Positions 23,476 through 38,159 of a stretch of DNA of 64,000 nt are shown here, one piece after another. Within the stretch, counting starts at the first letter, position 1, and every line of letters begins with the position of its first letter. The stretch spans positions 691,419 through 755,418 of the forward strand of contig MNCI01002555.1 of NCBI GenBank assembly GCA_015680685.1, in the 5' to 3' direction. The stretch is from Gnetum montanum. Its lineage: Eukaryota > Plantae > Gnetophyta. A program made the translations under genes and the position numbers. The notes beneath the pieces were generated by a model that was given only the letters and a program-made list of their open reading frames with translations, did not search any database and was not told the DNA's origin.

Positions 23476-26400
23476 TTAACAGTTGAGTAGCTTCTTTAAT
23501 TTTTGAAGATTGACATGGTATGTCAGGCATGTCGATGTAATCGTATATTCTATGTCTCCTTTCCTAATTATGTTAAATGATAATTCTGACTGTGAGACGT
23601 CTAGGGGAATGACCCCTATGTCAGCATGCTCTGAAGTTTCTACATTTTGTAATGTTTCTATATATTCTAGGGGATCACAGTTTGGAGATTGATTATCATT
23701 TTGTTTGTCAATGGGTATGGCATCCTGTTTAAGCTCGAGAGTAGTGTCACGATGTTTAGGCTTATCGAATTTGACCTCTAAGCCTTGGTTTGTGTCTATG
23801 TGCGATGGAATGTTAGATGTAACCACGTCACCATGTATAATTATTTCACCGCCCTCGTAGGGTAGGTGAATCTCTTGGTGGATGGGTGAGGATACCGTCT
23901 TTAATTGGGCTAACTATGATCATCCCAATATCAAGTTAAATCCAGGCATCTCATCTACGACTACAAATTCAGCTGACGTGGGGAATCGGTCCCCTGCTAT
24001 GAAATCCAAAGTTAGTGTTCCTTTGACAACTACGTGTGATCCACTGAACGATTTCAAGAATGTCGTGGAAGTTGGTTTGATTTGTTCAGTTAGCCCTAAC
24101 TGTTCGATGATGAGGTATGGTACTATGTTCGTGGCTACTCCGTCATCTACATGCACCCTATGTATTTCAAATTTATTTACTTGTATAGTTATGAACATGC
24201 GTGCAGTGGTGACTCCTATTTTTTCATCTACTTTTATATTATCCGCGTTGAAGCCTAGTGATGTAGCTCTTGATCCTTGATATGGAGACATTACTGCATG
24301 AATGGAAGGTTCATTTGTAGACAAGTCTTCGCTGACTAGGATTGATGTTAATGTGCATACTAAGGCTTCATGATGAACTTGAGAAGTCATCATTAGGTCA
24401 TACAAGCTTAAAGATGCGTTTTTTTGTTTAAGCACCTTTGTGACCTGGGCTAGGACATTGGCCAAGTCTTTACTATTTGGTATTCTATTGTTGGTTGAGA
24501 CTTGGTCCATTAGACCCAACAGTTGTATCTCTTGTGGAATGGTTTTCATGTGGTCTAATGTGACGGTTGGGTGTGATGTATCTGGCATTCCTGATTTTTT
24601 ATTTTTGTGGCTCGTGCTTGGCTTGTCAGTTGTTGGAGCTATAGGTACAACATTTAAGGGAGTGGGTTTCGATGGCCCCAATTCAAGACTTTAACATTCT
24701 CTTTCCAACCATTCCCTAGTAAGTCTATCGGCAAGGCATTCTTGCGAAGGTTGTGGGGGAACCATTGGAGCTTGAACAACAGGTTGTTTTGGGACCTGGA
24801 TTATGAATGGAGTGGGTTAGGGTTGTGGTTGAACAGTTGGAGGAGGTTGTGTGTCAGGATGTTTAGGCACCCTAATGATGAATGGGGTCAGTTTGGTTTG
24901 AGGTTGAGGAGTAGGAGGTTGAAGATTAGGGTGTTTGGGTATTCTGATTACGAAGGGAGTTGGTCGGTTTTGTGGTTGTACCTCCGTGGTCGCAACCGCG
25001 GGTGGCACCCGGACCAAAAAGGGAGTGGGCCAGGTAGGCGATTGCACATTTGCGGTTCCATTGGTAGGGGGTACATGAATGAAAAATGGTTTTTGAGGTG
25101 TAGGCAGATTGTATGTGGGATACAAAAGATTGTGGGGATGATGTTGATGTTGTAGGAGGAACATGAATCACGAAAGGTTTTTTGGGCATTCATTGCTCAT
25201 TTTTTATATGGATCGTGTTAATAACGTAAGGAGCTTCCTTAGTATTAAGGGGATCTTTGTACACACCCATAGATTGATTCTGCATTTTAACAGGGTTGGC
25301 ATCGTCAAATCTTATTTCACCCCTATCAATCATACGTTGTATGTCTTGTTTGAGGGTGAAACAATAATCAGTACCATGCCCATTTTGTTGATGGTTCTCG
25401 CAAAATCAATCTAGTCTAAAGCCTCTTAGAATAGAAGCCTCATTTGGAGTTTCCAAGCTTGGGTTTTTGACCAATTCACAGAATCGGTCATGCCTCTGGG
25501 CTTCCGCTGGAGACAACTACTTATGATTAATGGCCCCAGCCTTCAAAAGTTGATCTAACAACTAGGAAGGCTTAATGGGGAGCGGTGTGTATTGAGTGGG
25601 GTCTTTCCTCTCAAATGTATGTGCATGACTCATGTTAGTAGCTTGCGTGGTAGATGGTTCAGGTGTGTGTGAAGGAGCGGTTCTCTCATAGTTAACGAGG
25701 GCAGTAGGTGGTCTGCCTTGCTGTCCCATGTTGGTAGGTTGAGTCTTTGCTACTGCTGCTACTATTGCTTTAGCCTTTTTTTTATCTTTTTTAATGTGTT
25801 GATTTTTGAAGGCTAAGTAAGTAGGGTCATGGCTATTTTGGGCTACCTCTTCTATGGTTTTAATCTATACAAAATCTTGGCTTAGAGTGCGCACATTTAG
25901 ATAGTACAGTTTTGATTTGAAAAAATCATTCATGGCTCCCTTAAGAATCGTAAGAAGGTATGTTTCTGGGATTGGCTCATGAAGTTCCTTGAGCATGGCA
26001 CTCCATCTTTGGATAAAGTTTTGTATAGGTTCAAGTGGTGCTTGTTTTACCTGTATCAAACTATCCAAGGTTGCTTCAAGTTTTAAGTTGTATTTAAACC
26101 TAGTAACAAACTGGTGTAAGAGATCCTCTAAAGAGAATATGGAGTTACGAGGCAAGGCTCGATACCAGTCTAATGCTCTACCAGTGAGGGACATGGCAAA
26201 CACATGCAAGATTGCATGGGGCCAAGCCTGAAGCAATAGGCATTCTAGTCTAAATGTGACTAGATGGGCATTGGGGTCTCCTTCCCCATTGTATTTGGTT
26301 AGTTGAGGCAAAGAAACTCCTTTGGGCAAGGTTAATGGTGGTACCAAAGAGCTAATATGATCATCTTGGTAAAATTATAATACTTTAAGCTCTTCATTGT

Positions 26401-27130
26401 TAGTGGTTTTGAGGCGTTTTACCTCATCAGTGAGCTCTTGCATCATCTTTTTTGCTTTAGTCCATTCTTGGGCACTTGGTGGAGTAGTAGGTTGGCTAGT
26501 TTGAGTGCCATACAAATTAGACTGCTATGCAGTGGGTGGGAAAGAAGAAAGTTGAGTGGTCAGAGGTTGCACTTGTGGAATATTTATAGTGGACGCAACT
26601 AAGGACAGCATACCGTAAGGTGTAGGTTGTTGTTGAGCGACAGGGGCGGGCCATCGGCCAATTATGGGTTGTGAAACAGATTTTTGTGACTGGATAACTG
26701 GGATGGTCCATTGCCCAACTATGGGTTGTGAAGGGAAACTTTGTACCTGGTGTTGTACTGGAGGAGCCAAGGGTGTGCTATGAACCTACACTCGTGGGAT
26801 GAAGTGTGTAGATGTGGAAGCGGGTATCACAGATGGCATCCCAATTACTTGGGATGGGAAAGTCACTCCTACATTAGTTTGAGAGGGGGGTTGTTGGGGT
26901 TGTACATGTAGGAGAGTGGATAATGTGGTGACTAGAGGAATAGTGGGGATGGATACATTAAATTGAGTATCAGTCATAGGGAGAGTGGGAATAAGAGTGG
27001 ACGCTTCCTATTGGGGCACATGTGCTTGAGTGGTTTTAACTACATGAAGAGACATGGTCTCTCCTATGAATGGATGAAATAACAGGTTCGTGTAAGTATG
27101 CGAACTGAGAGTATGATATGAATCCCCATG
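23476..27130 (-). pseudogene. gag: gag-protease of element C
   Basis: LTKYNGEGDPNAHL...ALDWYRALP (25865-26347); protease RVHVDDG...FNLILG (23920-24681); Pro-rich PFVIR repeats. Confidence 0.88.
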
Positions 27131-27150
27131 TTCAGATTGAGTGGTGTCAT

Positions 27151-27236
27151 ACAGCATGAGAAACTGCAGCGTGAGCAACTGTAGCATGAGCAACTACGGC
27201 ATGAGCAACTGCAGCATGACCAACTGCAGCGTGTGG
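27151..27236. repeat. 15-bp tandem repeat (GCAGCATGAGCAACT, about 5.5 units) in the 5' region of C
   Basis: Directly visible. Confidence 0.85.
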
Positions 27237-27657
27237 AAACCAGGTACAGTGTCTGAAGCTAAGGCACAATGTCTAGATGCTGGATGGGATGCCTGGGTGA
27301 GAAAGCTAAGTGCTGGACGTAGCATCTGAGAAGAAAACTTAGATTTAGACACTGTGAATAGCATCAGAAAAGAGAGATAAGGATGAGGGATGCTATAAAC
27401 AATGTCTGAAACTAGCAGAGAGTGCAAGATGTTGAGGGCAGTGTTTGGATATGTGAGGGAAAGGTGTAGGATGCTGTGATTCAAGCAGGAACATTCCTAG
27501 AAAACTCTAAAATAGTGTTTGGATTGGAAAACAGGACTTATCAGTAGGAAATAGTGCCTGAACGCTAGGAAGAAGGTAGAATATGAACGCTGGCACTGAC
27601 AACAATGTGTGAACGCTAGATCTGGGATGCTAAGAGGTGGATCTAATAGAGAAAGGG

Positions 27658-27674
27658 CCCTCCTTCTAGTGCCA
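27658..27674 (-). promoter_or_regulatory. tRNA-Asn PBS of C
   Basis: Reverse complement is TGGCACTAGAAGGAGGG, next to the LTR end at 27681. Confidence 0.85.
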
Positions 27675-27680
27675 TTTTAC

Positions 27681-29560
27681 TGTACCGTCCAAAATTATCA
27701 GTGAGAGGCTGGAATGAATAGACACCGAGAGATCTACGGATGAAATAGTAAGACCCTGCCTTTGCCTAAGGGCAAGCTAGAAATCAATGGAGGCAGAGTG
27801 CCTTGAATGGTCCCCACATAGATCAAACGAGGACTTCCCTGAACATACGCAATTGCGATGCATTGGGTTATATGTAAACAAATGAAAAACTGAACATAAA
27901 CAAATGAAAATGAATGTAAACTATTTAAATGATAAATAATGAAAATAGCAAGAATGTGAACAAGAACAATAATGTAAACTATAAGAATCTATCCAATAAT
28001 GCAAACTATTTGTATTGATAAACAACTAGAATATGCACTAGTCAGAATGCAGTTGTGGAGTGGTTGCAAGGTGGATGTTTAGCTCCAATGGATGAGATCA
28101 AATGCTAGGAAGATGCAGGTTTTTGGATTGCAGGTGTAGAGCATCCAAGTCTGTATGAAGCCTAGCATATGAGATTGATGCTTAGATCTCCTAAGTGTGT
28201 AAGATTCAAATTTTGCGAACCTTGATCTAGTGGAAAAATAGGACATTTATAGGGTTTTTTATGTAAGATTCAGATCTGGGAGAAGATCAATGGTTGCAGG
28301 GTGAGAAAAATTCGGATTAGATGACAGGTGTGTGCATTGACTGGATGCACGAAATGTTACAATGTACAGCATCTAGCATGACTAAATCTTACGCTGGCAT
28401 GTGCAATCCACAGCGTAAGAGCTTGGCATGCTCAAAGAATAACAAAATAAAATTTACAAAATAATGCTTTTTACAACAAATAATTTTGTCTCTGGCCTTC
28501 TGAAACTATGGTTTGGCATGTCCTAGCATCTTGGTGTCAACGTCCAACATCCGGTGTGTGATCATCCAGCATATGAAATAAAAATGATGAATTTGGAGCC
28601 CATTTTCAATCTTTGAAGCCTATTCCAAGAGTGGATCTGGATGCCTGATGTCCAGAGGGTGCTGCTTGTCAAATCTGAGCTTGTTCAGAGGCTATTTTGG
28701 CTTTGTTTTGGTTGGTCATGCTGTGCAGCATTACCAAAGTGTGGCCCCAATGTCACCAAGCTTAAATGGCATATTTGAAGCCCAAATCGTAAATTTTTGA
28801 AGCTTGCGAACATGTATGAGTGCTGTTAGTCCTTGGGGGTTGCCTGAATATTGAAGATTCTTCCTAAAACTTCTTGTTTTTCCCTATTTTTGTTTGGTCA
28901 CACTGTGGTCACGTTGTACAGCGTGACCCAAAGGTGACCCCAGCGTGAGCAACTCAAAGTGTCATATTTGAGGCCTAAATTTTGATCTTTTGGAGCTTCT
29001 AATCATACACAATTGTTGCCTAGTCCCTAGGAGTTGAATCTATGTCAAAATATTTCTTTGAGATGCCTGAATTAGGCTGTTTCAGCTTGGTCACGTTGTT
29101 CATGTGCTGTGCAGCGTATCAAAATGTAGCTCCAGCGTAAGTAATTGAAAATACCTCATTTAAGGCCCAAGTTTTTATTTTTTGGAGGCTAGGAGTTGCT
29201 AGGGGCCTTGGTGAAGGTCATTCAGGGTCCTTGTGCTTGAATTTGGCCAGTTTGAACTTAGTTTTAGGGCTCCAAAAGTTGGTCACGTTGATCCTTACGT
29301 TGTGTAGTGTAAGCCAATGTGACCAAAGTGTACTTAGCCCAAACTAGGAATCTTGAGCCTGGAACTTTTGATTCTGGATGTCGAAAGTTGGTGAAGTCGC
29401 CTGTGGGCCTCGGGGGAACCTTGTCTATTGAATCGTGAACCATCAAGGGTTGTTTCAGAGGCCTCCAAGTTTGGTCATGTTGTGTTCATGCTTGGGTAGC
29501 TGCATGACTTAGCTTGAATCTTGTCTAAAAGTGCTAGACCAAAATTTTGTGGTGTTTTCA
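27681..29560 (-). repeat. 5' LTR of element C
   Basis: Minus strand TGAAAACACC...GTACA; TATAAAT near 28250; internal subrepeats; adjacent PBS. Confidence 0.8.
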
Positions 29561-30748
29561 GAATATTCATCAAATATCCATAGCAAAAATAGGCTAGTTA
29601 GGGCAAGATTAGGTGCCAAGACCTAAGACAAATCTGGAGGTCACATTAACTAAGGTCTACCTTGAATGAATCCATTCTAAGAAAGTCCAAAGTTCTATTC
29701 TTCATAAACTTAAATGTGGTACCTTCTTGGAATTGGAACCAAAAGAGGTCAAGACTCAACTACAAAGGTCTCCCATGTGGTCCATCCTCACTTCCAATAA
29801 GAAGCAGTACATGGGAGAAACCTGTCTATTTTGGAACAACTAACAAGTAAACACCACTGTCAAGATCAAGAACATTAGCATGTCCTATTTGGTTGAGGCC
29901 ATTGCAGAGGCCCTCAAACTACCTAACACTAACATAACATTGGTAGATATCCCCATGCAAGCAGATCTAGAAGCAAGAAAGAAGTGGATCAAACAATGCT
30001 ATGGGGTAAGTTGTAAGGAGTATGATGTACTAACCAAGGTAGATAGATTTTATTTCAAGATTGTAGCTTGCCACCTAAACCTAATGGTGAGGTCTAGCAA
30101 AGGCATTACCTTCTTCACTCATGTGTTCATTTCTCTAAGTAGCAAGTTTCCCATCAACCTCCCTCATCTCATCTTCTTGGATATTGAAAAGTGTTTCATA
30201 GAAAATGAGTGAGGGAGGAAGACACTCCCTTTTCTATGCCTGATAAGAAAACTTTGTAGAAGGGAAGAGATAGCTGGTTATGCCAATGATATCATCCATC
30301 ATGTTCCTACAACCTCTTGGAAGGATGATGAAGGATAAAGCACTAGCAAAGTTGCTTGAGAAGGAGTAGCCACCACCACCACCCACCAAAGAGACAACAT
30401 CGAAGGCTCATGCAAACATAGAATGCATAAGGAAACTCCATGAAAAATTCTTGCAATAGCAACAAGGAGAGCCAAGTGGTGGTGAACCATTAGTCTACTA
30501 GCCAATGTTAAGTCATCTCAACAAAGTCATGAAAATATTAAGTTGGTTGGAAAAGACTGCACAGTTGTTTTTCACCCAATGAATGCATTGGCCCATGAGA
30601 TCAAATCCAAGTGCCTAAGAGGTTATGGTGTCCATCTCTAGATAATAGGAATTCCTTGAAATTTTTGGAAATGCTGCAACCTTCTTAGTATGCCTAGAGA
30701 AGGGTGAGGGGGCTATTGTCTTGGTGATGTAGCATCAGGAATAGGAAA
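29561..30748 (+). pseudogene. Remnant of an older retroelement accessory ORF (Transposase_32/Athila env-like type)
   Basis: EAIAEALKLP...FPINLPHLIF...LPFLCLIRKLC resembles the IN.g.IIF...LPFPxLITxL signature. Truncated on both sides by LTRs. Confidence 0.5.
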
Positions 30749-32439
30749 TGTAGCGACCAAAAACATCAGCAACTAGAATAGTGATGCTGAGGGATTCATG
30801 ACCATGGTATAGCCCTAACCCCACCCCCATCTAAAGGGTTGTCATTAGAGGGAAAAAATGGAGGTGGAGCACTTAGAACAGTCATGTTAATCGAACTAAG
30901 ACTTACAGATTATTTTGATGAATGGGTGCTAGGGGTTTGCATGGTGTTTTCGGTGGTACTAGGACTAACAAAGCCCAAGTGTAGTAGGGTTTTGTAGTGT
31001 GAAAACTATAGTGAAAACATGCAAATGCATGCATAGTAGCAAAAAAAATGCAAGTCTGATGTTAAATGCCAAAGAAAATGTTTGGAAAATGTAAAGGAGT
31101 TTGAGAGAGGAAGAATGGCACCACCCCAAATAGGGGAGCATAACAATTGCAAAAGAGAGGCGAGGAGGTATGTGGTGTACATATGGGCATAGTAGGTAGC
31201 ATAGTCATAGTCTCTAGGATGTCCAAGCTATGAAACTGATGTTAATCATGAAGTCTAAGCTTGTTGGGTTGGCTACTACAGTGTCTAGTGGGCTGCAGTA
31301 TGTTATGGTATGCAAAGGTAGTGTCCCAAAGTTTTTCCAAGGTGTTAAGGGCATTTAGGTGTAAGGGTGCTAGTGCCAAAGTGCCAATCACTAAAATGAA
31401 ATTACAAACCAACTGTTTTAAAATTCCAACCCTCAAAAATGCCAACCACTAAAATGTGAAATGTAGGGGTATTTATAGGGTTAGGGTTAATGTGAAGTGC
31501 AGATTGGGCACCATGTGGCAAAGGGGGTAGTTGAGGCTATGCTAACCATAGCTACGCTTCCACTGGACCAATTGGTGCTATGCTCTAGTGTGCTTCAATG
31601 GACCCCAAGAAACTACTAAACTATGACTATGCTATCAAGACTGAATGTGCCAAAGCTGAAAGAGACCACAATGTACCTGCAAATAGTACAAAATAGTGCA
31701 ATTTGGAGGCTACGCTCTAGGACTATGCTCTCCCCTCTCTTGAGTGGGATCAAGGGTAGGTACAATTTTGGGACATAGGGGGTGCAAAAGAGATGCAAAT
31801 TGCTGATCTTACTTGCTAGAGAGGTGTTGGAGTTGAGATGGAGGCCAATGCTAAGCTCTAGAGGCTTTTGGAGGCTGCCCTACATTGCTATGCCAACTAC
31901 ACTCTAGAGCATAATCCAATAGTTAGGTAAATTCTACAAAAATTAAAGTCTAGTGTTAGCTACACTCTAGAGCATAGTAGGAAGAGTGAGAGTGTAGCAC
32001 TAACACTTAGAAAAAATTGGCAGAACTTGCAATCTCAATCTAGGCTACACTAGCTACACTCTAGAGAATAGTAGGAAGGCTAGCTTCAAGAGTTAGAAAA
32101 TCTACCAACTGCCTCTTCCATGCTAAGCCAACCTGATAAATTTTGTCTTGACACTTAGGCAAAACTAGCCACTGAAGTGCATGCTATGCTAGCTACACTC
32201 TAGAGCATAGCAGGGAGAATGTAAGCATAGCACAACACTTAGAAAATTTTTTGCAACTATTATTAACATATAGAAAATTTTGCAAATCTAGTTCTATGTT
32301 GCATGCTATACTAACTACACTTTGGGACGTAGTCTCAGTAGTGGAAGCATGGGCCAAGCACTTTGAAAAATTTTCCTTATGTTGACACTTATAAAAATTT
32401 TCTATTTAGGTTTTGTTGCTCGAATTTGGTGGTGTTTCA
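30749..32439 (-). repeat. 3' LTR of element D
   Basis: Minus-strand start TGAAACACC follows the PPT. End TGTAGCGACC... is homologous to the B LTR end. TATAAAT near 31475; internal GCTACACTCTAGAGCATAG repeats. Confidence 0.7.
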
Positions 32440-34109
32440 TTGGATCCTCTTTGTTGACGTTTGGAGGAGTGGCCCAAGAGACATCAACAAAGAACTTGAA
32501 ACACCACAGTAGGCATGACATCAACATCACTCATTAGTACCCAATTAGAAGATGCTTCACTAGGCCTAAGACTACTAAAAGTAATGGTATGCTAAAGGTA
32601 ATGGATGTAGGGAATTGGCTGGGGATAGCAAGGGTGGAATGAGATGCAAATGGTGTATCATGTTGCAAGACATGGGATTAACACAGTTGACCATAATCAT
32701 GGTACTATGGTGGCTTGTGGCCAAAATGATGGCCTCTCATCGAAATGCTTGTGAGAGAGCCATCTCCTATAGCACTAAAATGGCTTACCCCTGAAATGTT
32801 GGCTCTCATTGAAGTGCTTATGAGAAGGCCAATGCAAATTCAAGGTTGGACCAATTGTCAAAGTGCAGCTTTGTTAGATTTTGGTCAGGGGCATGTTTTA
32901 CCCCCTTTCATATTTTTTTTAAATTTTTATGCTTTTTTCTTTTACTTTTTTAATTTTTCACTTACGAAATGCTAGTTGTAAGTTGCTTATTATTGAGTGG
33001 ACTACATGCCACTTCTTTGCTTAGAGGTAATTGCATCATGTTTGTAGGATAAGTGTTTCCTCCCTAGGATGAGTTTCATTACATTCACTTGGGCTTTGAC
33101 TAGTCGATAGAGGCTTTCCATGGGACAAGTTGCATTACATTTATCATGGGTTCTATAGTTGACTGAAAGAAGGGTGTCATGTGCATTGGAAAATCTTGTA
33201 GGGAACGCTAGGAAATGTAAGGTAAAGGGGTAAATGTAAGCAGGTTATGGTAGGGTAATAGGGATGTGCACTCTTGAGTGGCTTGGCTAGCCTAACTAGG
33301 TACATCAAAGCAATATGATGACTTGCCACTATGATGAAATGTGTCTTTGAATGACCACCTTCAAGACTTCATCCTGCAAACACAACATAGAAAAGATAAG
33401 AAAACACTCACACAACATGTGAGATAAGAGCAAATTGCTAGTTACAAGGGTGCTGCAAGTGCCACGAGTGCTAGACCAGTTGTAAGAGCTTGCAGTACCA
33501 AAGAAGGAATGCCAGTGTAGGTGCCAAGGCCAGAAGGTTACAAAATCTCTAGCAATCACACCAGAAGCAAGCACCCAAGGGAGGTTGGCAAAGAAATCGA
33601 GGGTGATGGTGATGCAGGTGCTCAAGACTCCACACCAAGGATAGGAGCTTGGAAATCCAACAAAACAATAGGGAGTCATGCTGCTAAATGCACTTCCAAT
33701 CCCAAGCAATGGTGATGGCTAAAGAATGGCAGTACAGTGGCTAGGCAGTAGTACTGTTGGGACTCTAGCGAGTGGTGCTGACAGTGAGAGCTCCAGCCAA
33801 TAATGAAATACCCAAGGTCAAAAATGCTATTGGCATGACCTAGGGGTGGTATTATTGGTGATGGTGGCAGTAGCTCCAAAAGGTTAGCAAAATTCCCAAG
33901 GGCGTCTTCGAAGGATCAAAAAATGCCAAGGGTAGTAATGTTGCAAATGTTCCAGAGGCTTTTTCTTGATGATGTGAACTCTATTCTAGAACTACAATGC
34001 CCTACCCCACCCTACTTGTGAGGTGTGAGAAAATGATGAAGGATTAGAAATATTTACACTAAATTATCCATAGAACTATGCATGTTGAACTATGTGTGCT
34101 AAACTATGA

Positions 34110-34490
34110 ACCCAGTTTAAGGTCCTAGTAGACCACATGCTGTACTATTTTAAGGTCCTAGCAGACCGCAAACCTAGTTTAAGATCTTGGCATACTATGA
34201 TGTGCTAGTTTATAGTCCTAGCAAACTATCGTGTGCTAATGTAATGTCAAAGTGGATGGTGGATATTGTGCCAATTTAATGTCATGATGCAAGGATGTGG
34301 TGTGCCAATTTATAGTCATAGTGAACTATGCTATGGATGCCAATTTTAGTGTCATGGCCCAAAAACTTCTTGTGTCAGTTTATAGTCATAGTAGACTATC
34401 TATGTCAATTTAATATCATAATGGATGCTATGTGTCAATTTAACATTGTAGCAAATGCTATGTGCCAATTTAACATTGTAGTATATGCTT
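34110..34490. repeat. 3'-UTR tandem repeats of D (~30 bp, CCAATTTAA/AGTTTA core)
   Basis: Directly visible immediately downstream of the integrase stop. Confidence 0.75.
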
Positions 34491-34526
34491 TTTTACCTTG
34501 CTTCATCATTAATGTGGTGCTACGCA

Positions 34527-37500
34527 CTAGGCGTAGTATAGCTTCAGGTATGAATGGTTGATCGAATTGGCAAACTCATTGCCATCTAGATTAGCAAGCT
34601 TGAATGCTCCATCGTCATAGGCCTTAGTGACCAAGAAAGGTCCTTCCCAGTTGCCTAAGAATTTTTATATGGGTTCACAAACAACCTTGAGGATTAAGTT
34701 CCCTTTCTTGATTGGGCATTGATGTTGATTATGATGGTGCTTCTACCATTGCTTTTCTTGATACCATTTAATGCAATCAAGCATTTGCACATGCTCCTCC
34801 TCTATAGAGTTAAGATTAATGATTCTCAACTTATTATTCTGGGCCTCATTAATGAAGCTTGAGAGGATCACGCAAAGTGATGGAACCTACAATTTTAAAG
34901 GAAAATTTCTTCAAACCCATACACAAGGCTATATGACATCTTGGTTGTTGCTATTCTACATGTTGTGTGGTAGATCCATAGTGCATAAACTAGCTACTCA
35001 TGCCATCACTATTTGTTGCTACTGAGCATCTTGTTTAGAAGGTTGACAATGACTTTATTTGTAGCCTTTACTTGGCCATTCACTTGCAGGTAGTATGATG
35101 ATGAAAAAAAATGCTTAATGCCAAGGTGTTTGCAAAAGGGTTTGGTTTCTACATTGCTAAACTATGGCCTATTATCTATGACTAAAGTCATCGGTAAACT
35201 AAATCGGATCACTATGTTGCTAAGGATGAACTTGCAAACCTATTGCAATGTTTTCTTCCTAAGGGGAATAGATTTGACCCACTTGGTAAAATATTCAATT
35301 ACAATTATGATGAAGCTATGTCCTATGAAAGACTTAGGCATGATGGGTCATATGATATCCAATCCCCAATGCTGAAATGCCCATGTGATCTACATGGTAT
35401 GTAGTTCAGTGGGTGGCACATGCATTAAATTATCATGCCATTGACACATGTCACACATCTTAACCTTAGAAATGCAATCGCACTCCATATAAGACCAATA
35501 GTAGCCTAAGCATTTGATCTTCAATGCCATTACCCTAGGTGCTATGTGACCTTTGCACAGTCCCTTATGAACTTGATCAACAATCGTTTGTGCTTCACTA
35601 TCTCTAACATAGGTTAGTAGTATGCCATCATAGGATCTGTTACATAGTGTATTATCACCTACAAGGATGTACTGTTGTGACCATTCTCACACTGCATCCT
35701 TTTGGGTAGTGGTTAGATGTTGCGGAGGCTCACCCCATTGAAGATATGACTTAATGTTATCATACCACTCTACTATGTGGGTCATGCTTGTTGTGGCTAT
35801 GGATGAAATGTTAGTTCTTTGTGTGATAGGCTCAATGTAATCTATTACTGAGGTAGGAAAGGCATGAAACATGTTAGGTATGATGCTTAAGGCTAATGTA
35901 GCTAGTGCGTTGGCAATAGAATTTTCATTGCGGAGAATCTTTTGGATATCTGCAGTTGCAAATCATTTGAGCAAGTGCTTTACCAAGTCATAGTAAGGTT
36001 GTAATTATTATGCTTTGCAAGCATAAACCTCTATGACTTGATTAATGACTAACTGTGAATTGCCTCAAATCACTAGGTTTTGAATTCCTAGGTCATGGGC
36101 TGCTAAGATGCCTCTAAGGAGACCTTCATACTCCACTACATTATTAGTACAAGGAAATGAAAAGTGGTAAGTGAAGGGTTAGACCTCCCTAGAGGAAAAT
36201 GTAATTATGGCAGTAGCACTACCCCATTGAGAGGTTGAAGCACCATCAAAGTGTAAAATTACCTCAAAGTTAGTAGGCACTTGGCTTATGCTGCTAACAT
36301 GCTCATCCGGAAATTTTGGATCTATCATTGCTTGATTATTTATTGGTGAAGCCATAAGTTATGTGGCTATTGCTTGACCTTTGGTTAATTCTTGCACTAT
36401 GTATTACACATAAAACTCTATGATTATTGATTTCCACCATGCAATTCAACTACTTTCATAAATATTTGTAGTGATTTCCCAGAGTACATTGCTTTTGCAA
36501 ATGATGTCTACCTAGCTATAGAAAAGATAGTGCCTTCACTTTTTGAGTGCAAAGACTAAGGCAAGGTAGTTCTTCTTCACATAATTGTATTTTGCTTCAT
36601 GGGCTACTAACACATGGCTTAGGTAGTATACAGGTACCTCTAAGCCATCATCTTGCTTTTGACAAAGTAGAGAGATGATGGACATGTCGAAGGTTGCAAG
36701 GTAGATGTAAAATGGTTTATCTCCTTGTGGAGGGTAGACTGTTGGAAGTTGAGCCAACTCCCATTTAAGGTTGTCAAATGCCTCTTGGCATTGAGACATC
36801 CCCTAAAAGTGGACTCACTTTTTGAGCATATGTTGCATGGGCTGTAACTCGTTAGTCAACCATGTGATAAACCTATGAATGAATTGCAGTTTTCCTTGTA
36901 AACCATGTAGCTCCTTAAGATTATCCGATGGTGCTAAGTTAATAAAAACCTTAACCTTATTGGGTTCTATGTGTATTCCTACTTCTAATACTACAAAACC
37001 TAGCATACAACTTGTTTTAACATCGAAGACACACTTCCTAGGATTCAACCTAAGGTCATGTCTACAGCAGCATTTGAGTATGCAATCTAAGTCATTTACA
37101 TGGTTTTGTGCCATTTTGTACTTAACTACTATGTCATCAATGTAGTCATTAAGAAAATCTAGCAAATAATTGCTAAATATGTACATCATAGCACATTCAT
37201 TTAGTCCGAAAGACATCATTCTATAACAAAACATACCTGAAGAGGTCATGAAGGTAGTACTAAGCTAATGCTCTAGGTGAATCTGAATTTGGTTGTAACC
37301 AAAGAACTTGTCCATGAAGAAAAACAAGGCATGGCCAGCCATAGTATCAACTATTTAATCAATACTAGGCAATGGGAAGTCTTCTTTAATGGTTACCTTA
37401 TTCAAGTTCCAAAAGTCTATGCAAATGCATATGCTTCAGTTTTTTCTGGGCACAACCATGATGTTGGAGGCCTAGTCTATGTAGTTAATGATCCAGATGA

Positions 37501-38011
37501 AACAAACTTTGTAAATCTTGGTGATTTCATCGCTAACTACTAATGCCACCTTAGGTCTAAACTTGTAGGCTTTCTACTTAACAAGTTTTATGCAAGGATC
37601 AAAGATTATATTGTGTTACACTATGTGAGGATCTAGGCCTACCATGTCTTTGTAGGACCATGAAAATGCCTTGATATTATCATTGAGGACTTTAGCAATG
37701 CTTTGGGTGTGTTGAGGCTCTAACAAGAAACTAAGTTTCAATGTTTTTGCCTCGTCACTAAGTGTCATTATAGGGACTTCAATAAGGGGATCCTCAATGA
37801 TGTTGCCTACCTCTAGATCTAGAGCTTTGACTAGATGGTCTAGCCAATCTAGTGGTGCCTCTACAGATGTTATATGTTTATCATAGGCTCTAGGCTCAAG
37901 ATCTAGGTATTTAGTATCGATGTATCGCATGAGGTCACCATGAGGCTCAGTGAGAACCAGAGGTGAAGGAAGATGCCTACACATGCTCATGTTGTAATCT
38001 TGCCCAGTATC
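34527..38011 (-). pseudogene. pol: pol (RT-RH-aRH-INT) of element D
   Basis: YIDD; PVYYLSHVL; LHFDGAS...TNNVVEYEGL; WAFQHWGLDIICP; many stops. Confidence 0.9.
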
Positions 38012-38159
38012 CTACAAAACAACTAGAAAAATACCAAGCCACACTTGTCTTAGATGAAGTCAAAGTGCATAAATTAAGAAAAGCAATGCAATGAAAATTC
38101 ACCTAAGTATGCAAATGTGGGGCTATAGAAGCAAGCATGCGAGCCAATTTTGAGCCTCA

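Larger units (their letters stand above)
1029..29560 (-). mobile_element. Tat-clade Ty3/gypsy retrotransposon C (5' LTR, gag-PR, long intron, RT, partial RH), interrupted by A and H
   Basis: LTR 27681-29560, tRNA-Asn PBS, gag/PR at 23476-27130 and RT at 1029-2441 are all on the minus strand and colinear once A is removed. Confidence 0.75.
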
